Origin: Tubiluchus corallicola
Taxonomy: Eukaryota; Animalia; Priapulida
NCBI GenBank assembly: GCA_030141605.1
Contig: JAQGDQ010000489.1
Location: 62,001 to 126,000 of the forward strand
DNA length: 64,000 nucleotides
Direction of reading: 5' to 3'
Below, in pieces: positions 34,461 to 47,500 of this stretch (its first letter is position 1; each line of letters opens with the position of its first letter). Both the position numbers and the translations under genes were made by a program. A model generated the notes under the pieces. The model ran no database searches. It worked only from the letters and a program-made list of their open reading frames with translations, and was not told where the DNA came from.

Positions 34461-37400
34461 TCACAACAGTGTGTCCGAATCTGACCGTTTCTTCACTGGC
34501 TTTATCCACGGTTTTCCTTTTATACCTTTCGCAGTTGCTTTGTCACCTTTCGTGACAGTACTGAAGTCTAGTGTCTGAATTTGTGGAAGCAGGAGAACAA
34601 CAATGAATCTGAAATAGAAAAATGAGTCATATGTGTGCTGCTTGCAAACCGAAACCGTCCATAAGTCGGCATAGTTAAAACTACGTTATGATGCTTCAGA
34701 GTAGAATGCACCAAAATATTTGGTCAAATGTCAATTTTTTGTTTTTTTTATTTACAAAAACAAATGCTAAATATATTGGACTTTTGTATTCTAGCATCAA
34801 ATTATCAAGAAAATGTTCAAAAAATACTAAAAATTTAATTTTATAACCCTGTATCCACTTTCCTGGCTAGAAACTAGTACTGCAATTGTTAAAAGCTTGA
34901 ATTTTCAACCTCCGATAGACGCTCATGGAAGCAACCATTTTGCTTCGTGTTTTTTCTGTTGCCAAGCCCAGATCTTCGTCAGGAAGACCCATCTACTGAA
35001 TTTAAACATAACTTCAATGTGTTCTTGCAATGCCCATAGTAACCAACATTTGTACAGTTGCTAAGTGTTTTGTAGAAATGTGACAAAAAACAATGGCTAA
35101 CCTAAATAGCAATTTTCTCAAGGTTATGTTTTTTAGTGTGCAGCGTGCACCTCAGCTTCAACGTGGATTATCTCTATTAAGAAATAACATAGAGCGATGA
35201 GCTTGGTATCAAAATGATCCTCATGAAATGGAGATTCAGGATATGTGAATAACTGGAAAAGCTTAATTGCCGACATATGGATGATTTTGCTGTGCAAGCA
35301 GATTTCTAAAGATTATGTTGCTTGAAACACGTTAAAGGACACCCGTTTAAAATGTTGTAAGCGCTTGCGAATACGTAAGTGGAACTTTATTGAAAATGGT
35401 TAAACTGAAGCTTATTTATTAAATTATTTATTTATTATGAAGACATAGTTTATTCACATAGCCTGCTCAAAATGATAAGCTTGTGAAAGCCGTCATACTT
35501 GTGCAGTGAGTCCTCATTTAACGACTCCCCGTTTAGTGACGTTTCTTTTTAACAACGCTGAACATTCCACACCTTTTTCTCACTTAACGATGCATGTTTT
35601 GCGCTGTTTTTTACTTTGTTCAAAGCCACTTTTTGTTTTATTGAAAATATTTTTACCTAATTTGAAGCATTAAAATGGTACATGTTGTGTCACTCTGTTC
35701 TAATAATGCACTAGTACCGTAAAAATACTACAATTACTATATATGTTTTTTCTTCCCGGCTGAGTGCTAGCGAGTAAAATCTATTTGCGATTATGCACCT
35801 CCAGGCACTTGAGTGCAAACTTTATGCGAAGGAATATTCGAAGGCCTACAGCCTGTTCCTATAGCAGCCAGACTGAGTATCTAGATGAAAGTGTCCCAAG
35901 CTCGCCCTAGGGCTTGGCTTTTACTATGCTGTGTTTATTGTTTAACTGCTGCCTAGTCTTCAACGTTAACGAAACAGAAGCTGCTAGCTAAGCATTAGTA
36001 AAAAAGATGGGTGATTTCAAGTAAGCAGAAAGAAATTAATCAGTAGAAATATGAATGAGACTCACAGTACGTTGAATTTATATAAATTTGCCTCCGAAAT
36101 ATATCTGAATTCGTTTACATTCCTTTCTATGGAAGTCTTCGTTTAACGGCGTTTCGTTTAACGTCGCATTTAGCTGGAATGCAATAGCACCGTTAAGCGA
36201 GGACGTATGGTAACCTACCTGTATCTCTTTTCTTCCTCAATAGGATTCCCATGTAATGTCAAACACATCAATGCCCGTAGTTCAACTAGCTTCTCTACTT
36301 CGCCTAAATTGTCTATCGAGTTCCCGTGCAGGTATAACATCATCAGATTGCTGCACTGTGTTAACACCTGTCATATTCAAAGACATGTGTCAAATTTGTT
36401 ACATGTATCTTCTTTCTGTAACAATACTACCATGTGTATGGCCAAATCACGTTGAAAACACCGGTTCTCGTCTGATCACCGAAGTTAAGCAACATGGAGC
36501 CTGGTTAGTGCTTGAATGGGTGACCGCCTAGGAATACCAGGTGCTGTAGGCTTGCGGGATGCCCACACTGTATCTCGACACTAGGCGGAGGAGGTCAAGT
36601 GACTCAACGGCCATGTGTAGAGGAGTAAACCGTCCAAATCAGGAGTGGAGCCCCGAAGGCGGACCAGTGCAGCATGCTCACCGACTCCGGCAGCTCCTGT
36701 AGCCAACCTGGTGCTAAAAGTATTGCTCCGCTTTCCTTTGGACTACACCAGGGAGGAAGAGAGGGGGTTCCTGTTGTCTGGGCAACTCAGGATCTCCATA
36801 CACCTTGCCCAGGCGTGCGCCCTGGAGAGGCCACTCCAGTGGTTCAAGGATTGGACTGCTCAGCCACAGTGGACGCTGCAGCTCCATCAATGTGATCAAT
36901 AACTGACTCTCTTGGCGCACATTCCATTGTCTACCGAGACAGAAGGATGCCAACAAACTACCATATCTTGTGCTAACAGCAGTTACTTCCACATAAAAAT
37001 ACAGGGTGGTACATAACCTTTGCTTGTGGGGGCACAAAAATAACACGTGGCAGTACAGAACCATTTACTGCACAATATATTACTAAAACAAAGAATCTAT
37101 TCATGCCCTCAGTATATTTAGTGTGGGAGCCTTGGGCATCTCGTACGTTCTGCAATTTTGACGGTATGATCGGAGCAGTAACCGGAAAACCAGGATTATG
37201 TTTTTTTATCAAACTGAATGCGCTCGAAATTCACATGACCTCGAGCCTGTCAAACACATTGGAGCTATCCTGAAGGAGAAGCGAGGAGCCAAGGTAGTAA
37301 CGAACGTGATGGGGCAGACTAGGTCCGCCCCTTTTGCACCAACTTAACTACATTTGGGTTACTCTGTCTGATACCAAAAACTCATATTGTAGTTCTTGAA

Positions 37401-40400
37401 ATTACCATCTCTAGTTGTTTTTTCCTTTTTTGTTGTTAACTCAATAAAAGCATTAAAATGGTAATTGACTTTTCAGCAAATTTTGTATTCAAAAACATTT
37501 GCACAAAAAAGCACTAGGAAAATTCTCTACTCAAAAGCCTTAGTTTCAAAGGTACCATAATTCTACCAAAGGTAAGGGCCCTTCGTACTCGTATTACAAT
37601 AAATTACTAATTATCAGCTGTCACGAGGAATGCGGACACATTACAACAAAAAGGTGCCATTGATTGGTATTGAACAGATCTAGTTTGTAAGATGTGTTGG
37701 ACGATCTTGAGTTCCCCGAGTCACTGCACCAATCATGTCTATCAAGATTGCATAATTGCTAGACACCCAAGATTTCTACACTAAATTTTAACGGCATATT
37801 GGATTCTCCACTGTTTCAGCAGTGCTTTGATGTAATAAATGTTCTCTCATTGTTTTTTGTACACCCATAGCAAAATGTTATGTACCACCTTGAACACAAG
37901 GAGGACTATGAATGACTTTTCTGTAATACGAGAAGTTGAGATGTAAACAGAACGATAATATAGACCATGCTTTTGATGAAGATGAATTACATTTTAATGA
38001 TGCATAAGTGAAACTGATGGCATTGATATAAATGTAAAAATAGATCGCTTATATAGCAAAAGAGTGAAGCTCACCTAAGCTGCTAAATTTCACAATAACG
38101 AAACACTAAATCTAATACAAGCAAACCATGCTATCTTTTTGAAAAATAAATTACGTGTACTACCTACCGGATTAATGTCTTCAAGCTGATTCATTGAGAG
38201 GTCCAGTGATCTTAAGTTTGCAGGGTCAAACAACAAATGATCCAACACTTTTTCAAAACCCAATAATTTATCTAATTTGTTGTTGTTCATCTTGAGAGAA
38301 CGAGTTACATATTTGCCGTCTTTCTTCTTCGTCCTTCTGTAAGGATCTTGGCGTGGTACTTCTTCGTAAATTTCTGAAAATAGTACAAAAATGTAACTGC
38401 TGTATTGAGTTAAATAGGAAGGTGGTCAAGTATCCGCGTCTGGTCAGCTACGGCTCAAAGCAACAGCGTCAGTATATAGGAGTACTGTCCATCGCATAGG
38501 TCACTAACTGCAGTTCAGTTACTAGTGTGTCTATGGACAAACATTACATTGGGCTGTTCTCCCATGAAACATGTTATCACACTGCTCCATTGTTACACGT
38601 AGCACTCTCGAGGTATTTTCACACGTCTCTTGTTTAAACAGCATCTTAATATCATCTGATCATATAGCTTTGGACTTCTGGTAATAAACCTATGTAAAAG
38701 GTAAACTGGAAGGTGGTAACTATGACTACATATGCCAGCATGTAGGAGTTTGAAAACTTCGCTTCTTACAATGACGCCAGCTAGTTTGTTTTAATTTACT
38801 AACCCACATTTTCTAGCTTGTAGTTACGGCAGTGTTATCACATGTTGTGACAGCGTCATGCATCATTGGGACTGAAAGGATGATCTGACTTGGAATTAGT
38901 TAGTATTCCATGTACTTCAAGTAAGCATGTAAGAAGGCTGAAGAAACTAGTGCGTTTTTGAAACAGTTAGGATAATTCTGACAGAATACTGTGGAATAAA
39001 TTGCTTTTTGCAGGTTAGGTGCAAAAATGCAAAATATGATACTGCGTCAATAACGTAAATACAGTACAGTCAACCCTCGTTAAACCGGACCCCGTTAGCC
39101 CGGATATCGGATAAGACGGACGTCATCCGTGGTAAAGGAAACTGACCGATTTCCGCCCGAGCCCGAGCGCTAAATACAACATGGCCTACCAACTGTACAA
39201 TAATTTCTTTATCCTCACAGGTTAACTATTTTAAAGTAATATACAGTATAGTATATAGTGCACAGTATATAGGCCTTATTAAGGTGATTATTCCTGTATA
39301 ATATAGACCATATATAGGCTTATCGGATAAATCGGACAACCGGGTAAACCGGACCACCCCAACCCCCCAATTAGTCCGGTTTAACGAGGGTTGACTGTAC
39401 TGTAATTTTATAAATGTCGACTTCGATCCACAGAAATATTCAGAGGTGTGATCCAAAAATATCTAAAGATGTTTTTTTGAAAGTGCTTTTCTGAAGATTT
39501 ATCTTTGCTTCTCATTCTTGTTAAATCTTATAATGGCAAATTATAATGTACTATGTTTTTTGAATGTCTGTAGTGCAACAGCACTTGCAGTTGTGAAGCC
39601 ATCTAAGGACTGTGAAACTAATAAAACCATAACAAATGTCTTTAGTGCACATTACTTTGAACAAATATATCCAAATTACAACCATATCTAAGAAATTATC
39701 AGCTATTTGCAGTAGGTGTATAAAATACCATGAAACTATATATATGAACTCACCGTCCAAAGTAGACAGAGAGGCGAATGAGAAATCAAGGGGTGCTAGT
39801 AAAATGCCTTTTGCTTCAACTGAAAATAAAATCAATGTTTATTAAAGCCTGCGTGTATTTTTGCTGATTAGTGGCAAGAAAAATTATAGATCCATGTGGA
39901 AATGTAAAGTTTGTAGCCAGTGAACCTGTAGAATCAGAAGAAGTTAATAATGATAAGACAGCGAATAGTGATTAAACATAAGCGAATGATTTGTGTAACT
40001 CAATATCTAAGATAACTAAAATATTTTTCACTTATATAGGTCTCCGCTTCATGGGTTTTAGGACCCTGGTTCTAATGCTGGACTTCTAGGACAAAAACCC
40101 GAATATTGGTCACATTTCTCCTGGTGACTTTGGGTGTGTGTATGTTCTTCATGCATTTGTGGTTCCTTCGGCTGTAGGCTGAGCAGTTTGGGGCAATTTA
40201 CTGTAATTAGTAAATGGTGTGGAGATTCCATTTGCCAACATGTTATTATTGTAGCAAAAAGCACAAGATCTTTGCATTTTTGCTTTCCAGCATAAAAAGT
40301 AATATAACCAAAGAACAACTTAAATTGTCTAAAAGTGGCAACTGCTGGATGGATTTGCCAGAAACTTGCTCTTTGTTGCCAGTTTGAAAACATAAAAATG

Positions 40401-41425
40401 CTAAGAGGCATCACCAATTGATGCAAGTTCTGTATGTTATATTTCAATGAAACGTTTTATCTTTAATTTTTCTCACATGTTATATTACATCGGTCCTAAT
40501 TAAGTTAATTTTATTTCATTAAATACATAATGAATATATTAATCAATAAACAATTTTCAACGTTGAGAGACCGAGGAGAAGTAAACAGCCAAGCAGTTTG
40601 CTAAGCAGTACAGAAATGAGTAATAATACAGAATAGGACAATTTATTACATCAAAGCATTGCTAGTTCTATAGAGAATCTAGCGTGCACTCCACATTAAA
40701 TTTTAGTGTGGATGCCTCGTGCGCCTCGCACAGCCTACAATCTTGCAACATAATACGATCGAACACAGAATTGATCAGGATTGAACTTAAGATCCTCCAA
40801 TTCGTAGATGTCTCACAAGGTCACTCAGCATTGAAGCCTTTCAGTTCCAGTGTGTCTGGTGGGTTTGAAGTCCAGTGAATGATCAAAGCCATTCAGTCCG
40901 AACATTGCAGGATATGAGCTTATCCCGCAAGATTGCTGGTTATGCGAGCCAATTGAGGGTGTGACAGATACTCTACAAGTTAATTCTGTAAATTAAACAT
41001 AAACAAGGGCAGTGTTTTAGACCCACATAGTCGTACACTGCCTTCACACATTTCACCTGTAAAGTTTTAATATTGGTCCACTTGCATTGTAATTTGTGTA
41101 AAAAGTATATTCTATACTAATTCAGAAATACATTTATGGTAATAAATTCTGCTGTACACTGTACCATAACTTATTATTTTTGTATGTCCTAGCAAGTGGT
41201 TATTCTGATATTCATCTATATTAGTTACAACATCGTTTTACGTACAAAGAAAGTCTACAATAATAATCAGCTAGATCAAAGTCGTCTAGCTGTCTTAAAA
41301 AAACCATGTTAAGGAACGATGGAACAAATCGAGAAAGTCTTATTGAAATATTTATCACGAAATTAGGTCAAATTACGTTTACTGGATGATGATTTACGCC
41401 TGCCCGTGGGTTTATCAACGGCCAT
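34461..41425 (-). CDS. LRRC51: Leucine-rich repeat-containing protein 51, about 205 aa
   Basis: Exons 41425-41377, 39819-39754, 38373-38168, 36367-36219, 34608-34461 (618 nt, phases consistent). Peptides APLDFSF, RSLKMNNNKL, LRSLDLSMNQLEDINPVL, LYLHGNSIDNLGEVEKL, LTLHGNPIEEEKRYR and TLDFSTVTKGD match LRRC51 as I recall it. Exon 1 is inferred from phase. Confidence 0.9.
35504..36210. mobile_element. pogo/Tigger-like MITE
   Basis: Degenerate TIR CAGTGAGTCCTCATTTAACG / CGTTAAGCGAGGACGTATGG, followed by TA. Confidence 0.68.
36434..36553 (+). pseudogene. 5S rRNA-derived sequence (full length, diverged), forming the head of a SINE
   Basis: GTGTATGGCCAAATCACGTTGAAAACACCGGTTCTCGTCTGATCACCGAAGTTAAGCAAC...GGTTAGTGCTTGAATGGGTGACCGCCTAGGAATACCAGGTGCTGTAGGCTT is metazoan 5S rRNA with A box and C box. 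It is a single copy and has no T-run terminator. Confidence 0.93.
36434..36956 (+). mobile_element. 5S rRNA-headed SINE (SINE3-type) with RTE-like body and 3' tail
   Basis: 5S head plus about 400 bp of GC-rich body ending CCATTGTCTACCGAGACAGAAGGATGCCAACAA; flanked by the direct repeat ACTACCAT (36426-36433 and 36957-36964). Confidence 0.8.
39067..39397. mobile_element. pogo/Tigger-like MITE
   Basis: Perfect TIR CAGTCAACCCTCGTTAAACCGGAC; TA TSD. Confidence 0.9.
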
Positions 41426-42072
41426 ACTGATACAAGTTATGGTTGCTATAGTTACCAATGCGTGAATTTCACTGCGACCGTTCGGCTTAGTTTCACTGTG
41501 ATGGATTTCTTTATCAAAAATAATTCCGCTATCTTTGCTATTATTTGCGTTTTCTTACCTCCTGATGATCCGTGTTCACCTAATCGAAAATCATACATGT
41601 CAAATCAGGAACTTAAACTGTTATGAATTTGGGATTAGGGGTATGAGTACCATTATCTTTTCATATCTATGGTTTTATTTCAGCTTTAAACCTTTTCCGC
41701 TCTTCGTTTGCTTTGCTTAAAGTTTTATGCCAGCCAGGTGCAGTTTTCTGCATCACCAAAATTGTGAACTGAAATTAGTACGCGTCGCAATTTACAAATG
41801 GACACGAGTTGTGGTTGACGTGTTATGTGTCGTATGGTAACTTCGTACGTGTATCTAGTTATCGTGGAATGACGCATACACAAAGCTTATGGTTGGTTAA
41901 TCTTGGTCAGTATTTATTAGAGTTGTCCTTTTGCATTAGATTAGTAGTTCTATGACTGAGTATCGACACCATGGTACTCATGATTATTTGATCGGCGATT
42001 TTGTTTGATTGTCTGATGAGATAAAACTGAACCCGTCTGTTGTTTTTGTAAATTTTGAAGTATAATCTTGAG
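41426..42072. promoter_or_regulatory. Putative bidirectional promoter for LRRC51 and RAB30, with an X-box-like motif
   Basis: Divergent genes; GTTGCTATAGTTAC at 41442-41455 just upstream of the LRRC51 ATG; locally more CpG. Confidence 0.5.
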
Positions 42073-42452
42073 GTACGTTTCATATTATTTTATTTTGCAT
42101 ATTGATTATTTTTTCCAGCTCTCGTCATTAGCCAGTTAGCTTTTATTTAAGTATTTTTACAGGGTTGACGTGCTCCATTTTTTAGTGCAGTTTGTTGGGT
42201 AGTACTAGTACTAGTAGTCGTATATCTACCTCGAGTAGTTCAGTGAACTACAGGAGTTCATAGTAGAACAAACAATAAGTACAAAAGCCTCAGTGGTGTG
42301 CAAGTCAGACAAAAACAGTTAACTATCTGTAAACAAAATATTCTGGCAAATAACTAGATAGAAGTGAAACAGAAGCTTTTGGATGAAATTTAAGGGGATG
42401 ATCACTATAATGTTCGTCTAGTCATACCTTGAACTGATTCAAAGATCTTGCA

Positions 42453-42592
42453 AGTCTCACATTACATGGCAAAGTATTCCAAACCTCAGTCTCACATTAC
42501 ATGGCAAAGTATTCCAAACCTCAGTCTCACATTACATGACAAAGTATTCCAAACCTCAGTCTCACATTACATGGCAAAGTATTCCAAACCTC
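42453..42592. repeat. 35-bp minisatellite, 4 copies
   Basis: Unit AGTCTCACATTACATGGCAAAGTATTCCAAACCTC. Confidence 0.93.
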
Positions 42593-43262
42593 AGGTATTT
42601 TATATGCGTAGAAGTTTGCACATCCAGTTTCATGACGTGTTCTTAGTTTATAAAGAATAGGTCCTTCTCGCACAGATCAAGCGTGAACTAGTTGTAGAGA
42701 ACAAGCGTTCATATTTGAAGCAGTAAAAATTCCATGTACATACTTGTACGTAACTATCAATTAGCCTCTTAACTGACGATATCTTAGAATAGTATGCCAC
42801 ACTTTTTAAGCTGCCTAGGATAACTTCTCTAGACAAGGTAGAGTACTTAATGCCCTATGATCCGATGGGTCAATTAATGTGCGAAATGTAAAAGTTTAGT
42901 GTTTTGTGAGTGATTTGATAATGAATCTAAATTAGAGATCGTTCAAATAGGACCGTTCCCCAGGCTGAAGTACTTTAATTTTTGTTTTAGTATAGCTGTA
43001 ATTGTACGTGTATGTATACTGAGTACAGTATATTTTGAACTAGGCCGTTGATTCATTGTTTATCGTTTTCATTATTCTAAATGTATGTAAAGATACATTG
43101 TGCAATATTACTGCTAGATTGCTAGTTAAAATTGCTAATTTTAACAAAAAATGAATGTATAATCAAATGTTTTAAATTCATCTCACTCAGTTTGTATTTT
43201 TCAATTACTAATAGCAGAATTTGCTTTTGTTTTTACTTCAGGTTAATATTAGTTTTCACCGG

Positions 43263-44531
43263 ATGGACGACTACCGCTATTTATTCAAAGTAGTGCTGAT
43301 TGGTAATACTGGAGTTGGTAAAACGTGTCTTGTTCGACGGTTTACTCAGGTACTTTGTTAGTCAATACGTTGTTCTATAGGTTTTACATGTCAAATGTAG
43401 ACCTGCGTTAACTCAAATGTAGATTTAGGTAATTCAAATGTGTCTTGGTAACTCAAATGTAGACTTTGGTAATTCAAATGTGTCTTGGTAACTCAAATGC
43501 AGACTTAGGTAGTTCAAATGTGTCTTGGTAACTCAAATGTAGACTTAGGTAGTTCAAATGTGTCTTGGTAACTCAAATGTAGATTTAGGTAGTTCAAATG
43601 TGTCTTGGTAACTCAAATGTAGACTTGGGTAATTCAGATGTGTCTTGGTAACTCAAATGTAGACTTAGGTAGTTCAAACGTGGTAACAATGGTTTTCAAG
43701 AAATCTTAAGCGTTTTTGGTAAGTCAAATGTAGACACATGTCAAATCAAATGTGTCTTGGTAACTCAAATGTAGACTTGGGTAATTCAAATGTGTCTTGG
43801 TAACTCAAATGTAGACTTTGGTAGTTCAAATGTGTTAACAATGGTTTTCAAGAATTCTTAAGCGTTTTTGGTAAGTCAAATGTAGACACATGTCAAGTCA
43901 AATGTGACATTGGTATCTCAAATGTGAATAGGTGTCAAAATAATGAATAGGTGTCAAAATAATAACTTTATAGGTCTACTAATAGTTCACTAATATTCTG
44001 TAAACTTTACATACCATTGGAACTGTTAGAGAAAACAATACATTCTTAAAATAAACAATGTTTCTTGAGAGAAACTAATTCATTAATGCAGTGCTAATGC
44101 ATTACTTAAAAAACTAATTAGTGATTCACTGTTCATTGGGAAGTGATGCTGCCGATAGCACCATGACCATAAAATATAATTTTAATTTCGTTTTATCTTT
44201 TCGTAATTTGCACTTAAATGAGTTAATTACAGATTTATTCAAAGTACCGCATCTACATTTGACTTACCTAAGTCACATTTGAGTTACCAAAACAAATTCG
44301 AAATTCCTAAGTCTACATTTGACTTACCTAAGTCACATTTGAGTTACCAAAACACATCCGAAATTCTTATGTCTACATTTGACTTACCTAAGTCACATTT
44401 GAACTTTCCTGTGTCTACATTTGACGTGTAAAACCTATAGATCCGCATGTTTATATTGCATGTATACGAATATACATCGAAAGTTTATTCCTCTGGAATT
44501 TGCATGTCATAAACAAATGGGAGTTGCATAA

Positions 44532-44567
<36 letters not shown>

Positions 44568-47500
44568 GCGTGTGGGTGGGTGTGGGTGTGGGAGTGTGAG
44601 TGTCGCGCGCGCGCGCGAGTGGAGAAAGCTGTTATTAGTTAATGCCCATAGTTTACTAATCTCTAAGTGTTTTGTGGAGGTATGGCTGGACTTTCAAAAA
44701 CCTTCTTGACCCACTTGGGAACTGAAAGAGCTCTAGCTTCAGACATCAAGAAAATTTAATTTGGGCTAGTTGGCTAGTAGCTTTCCATATTTAGTGGTCA
44801 GTGAAGGAACAAATAGAAGCTGTCACCAAATGCCAATTGTAAGTTAAAAAGGTTTTGGTTTTCACTACGGGATTATCTAGTTACCATGGCAGATTCCTTG
44901 CATATAAATTTTGCAACACATTATACTGCTACAGCAAAAATAAATTTTTGTCCAAGGTGATCCATTGCCTGTAATTGAGAGTCAAAGTGTGTAAATGTGA
45001 AAGACATCCGTGCATATTGAAGTAGGATTTCATTTGAGCTTTTGTCTGGTGAACAGTTAATGTGCGTGTCATTGTAAACTTGTTTGTTTTGAATTGTAAA
45101 AATAATTGAGCATCTGAAAATTTTAGAAAACAACAAAAAACACAGTTGGGGAAAAGTAGCACATGGTAGCTTACTGAAATGGAACAGTAGGGTCAATTCA
45201 GTAATACAACTTATTCAGTCAGTAATGCCTTTTTTAAAGTTTAAAAGGGACGATATAGTGTCCCACTTTGCAGTATACTGAAACTAGTGTTTCCCGAAAT
45301 GCGAAACGAGTTCCGGGTAAAGTGAAACGTTTTGCGGACGGCAAGACTTGCCACTTAATCGTAACAGTTTGCCAATGTAACGTCCTATTTTTAGGTAAAA
45401 ATGATTTTTGATAAATATTAATAATAATTGGGCCTTTAAATTTCTGTCACTGTTGCAATTTTTTTTGAAAAATCAACACAAAAAGTTCTTTGTCTTTTAA
45501 CTTAAGGTACACGCCTTGACTGTATTAAATAAATATCTCGATATGGCAAAACACCTGCCTGATCAGCACGTTTTCCTGGCCAAATAACGTAAATAGGTTA
45601 TGTGTCGGTCATAACATCCTATATTTAGGGGTACCTTGCTTTCGAATTCTGTATCCCAGTTTGCATTTAGTGCAGAAATGACTTGTCCAAAAAAACATTT
45701 GTTTTACCATTTTTAAATTTTACCCATGCCATCAGTAGTTGGAGGACGGTGTAGCATAGATAGGTCAAGGTCGTACAAGGTCACATTATCAAAAAATGCA
45801 TATAGACAAGGTCACATTATCAAAAAATGCATATAGACAAGGTCACATTATCAGAAAATGCATATACATAAAGCCATACTGGTAAAGCTGTACTCGCTAG
45901 ACTTGACACTTGGACAGGTGTGACCTAGACATGGAAACCCAATGCTCTTGGGTTCAAAGGTCGAAGTCATAAGATTAAAGGATGCCAAAACTTGTTTCTC
46001 ATCGAGACATCGTGTCAAGGCATGTCTCTGCATTTCTACTGAATGCCGTCATTCTAGTTTTTGCTTTGGATAAGCACTATAGATATGAGCTCTAAAATCT
46101 AGGCTGTTGTTTAGTCTGGACAGTTATGTTATTTAATAATGTAACTCTTTATACTTGATACTTGACATTTGATATTTATCTCTTCCTGTGGTCCCCCGAA
46201 TTTATTTAAAATTCCTGTTGTGAAATTGTCAATGCTTTCACTATGAAACTGCATAGCAGAATGTCTTCATATATCTGCATGTAAATCCTTCTTCGTTTGA
46301 TTGATGAGGGCAGCTTCTAATGAACGTTTCCTGCAGCTGCTTCTTTGCCAGTTTACGTGACGTTTTCCTGTTTCAGTCTAGAGGAAGTTCTTTGCGTGTA
46401 TTTTATGGGAAGTCAATATGCCTGTAAACTGTAGCAGCTTTCTCTGCGTTCGGATCAATGACCTCTGTGGAAAACTCTGTTTTCTGTTTTCGTCGGTGGT
46501 TTCTGAGAAGTAGGCACCCGTTAGTTTTCTCTTTTTGTGCACATTCTCTTAGTCTTTTGGGATCTCCGCATTGCAAAGTGAAAATAACTGTCCGTAGCTA
46601 CGTGCTTGGTTTGGCTCCCATTCAAATCTATTAAAAGTACATAAAATATCATCAGCATCTAAATATTGCTTTGCAAATATCTATGACTGAAAATAGTGCC
46701 TTGTTCAGAGCTTTGGATTTACTGGGTTTATTTTGAGAACATTCTATAATCCTGCTCAAAAGTTCAAACATTGAGAAATGATGTATTTTGTAAAGCAGTT
46801 TTAACTAACTGGATGATTTCACGATGTAATTATTTCTGATGTCGTGAAAAGCGTGGTATAAGCGGAGAAATTACATTACTAAATCAATTTTCAGCTAAAT
46901 ATCTCTAACATGGAGGTTCAGGTACAAAATTAAGTTTCAGTCACGACTTTTCAACATGGAAAAATGCCAAAGTGCAAGGAAACAAAGTCAGTAGTTGAGA
47001 AATTTATAGTCAAAGAAAATCTAAATGCAGTGGAATGCAGGAAAAAAGTATAGTATAGAAAAGTATAGTATAGTATATTCAATTTTGCCGTTTACCTGTA
47101 TGTGGAGGATGGCGCTCAGGAAGAATCAGGTGCTGGAGAGAAATCGGCTCAACAGACTCCGAACCTAGCCATCTGTCACTAATTGCACGAATGTAGCACT
47201 GAGATGGCAGCGGTTCAAAAATTGGAATAGTAAAAACTTCCATCTAGCAAAGATCACAAATAATAACTCAACCAGGAAAAAAAATGTCGACTTTGTGAAA
47301 TGGCAGTAACTGCGGCATTTTGTTAATTTGCTTCTTTTCATGTTTTTCTTTCAATTAGTGAGGACTAATTTTGTGTTTTTAATTTTTAGGGCTTGTTTCC
47401 TCCTGGTCAGGGTGCTACCATTGGTGTGGATTTCATGATAAAGACGGTAGAAATAGACGGAGACAAAGTGAAGGTGATACTGCAGTCGGAACTAAATTAA

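Noticed and set aside
36434-36553. Functional 5S rRNA gene
   Set aside because: Single intronic copy with substitutions, no oligo-T terminator, and enclosed with downstream sequence by a TSD; better explained as a SINE head.
36645-37064. GC-rich ORFs next to the 5S sequence
   Set aside because: They lie in the SINE body and show no recognisable protein motifs.
40680-40990. GC-richer patch in LRRC51 intron 1 as an extra exon
   Set aside because: Contains stop codons and is not needed for the LRRC51 frame; possibly an old LINE remnant, but too degenerate to call.
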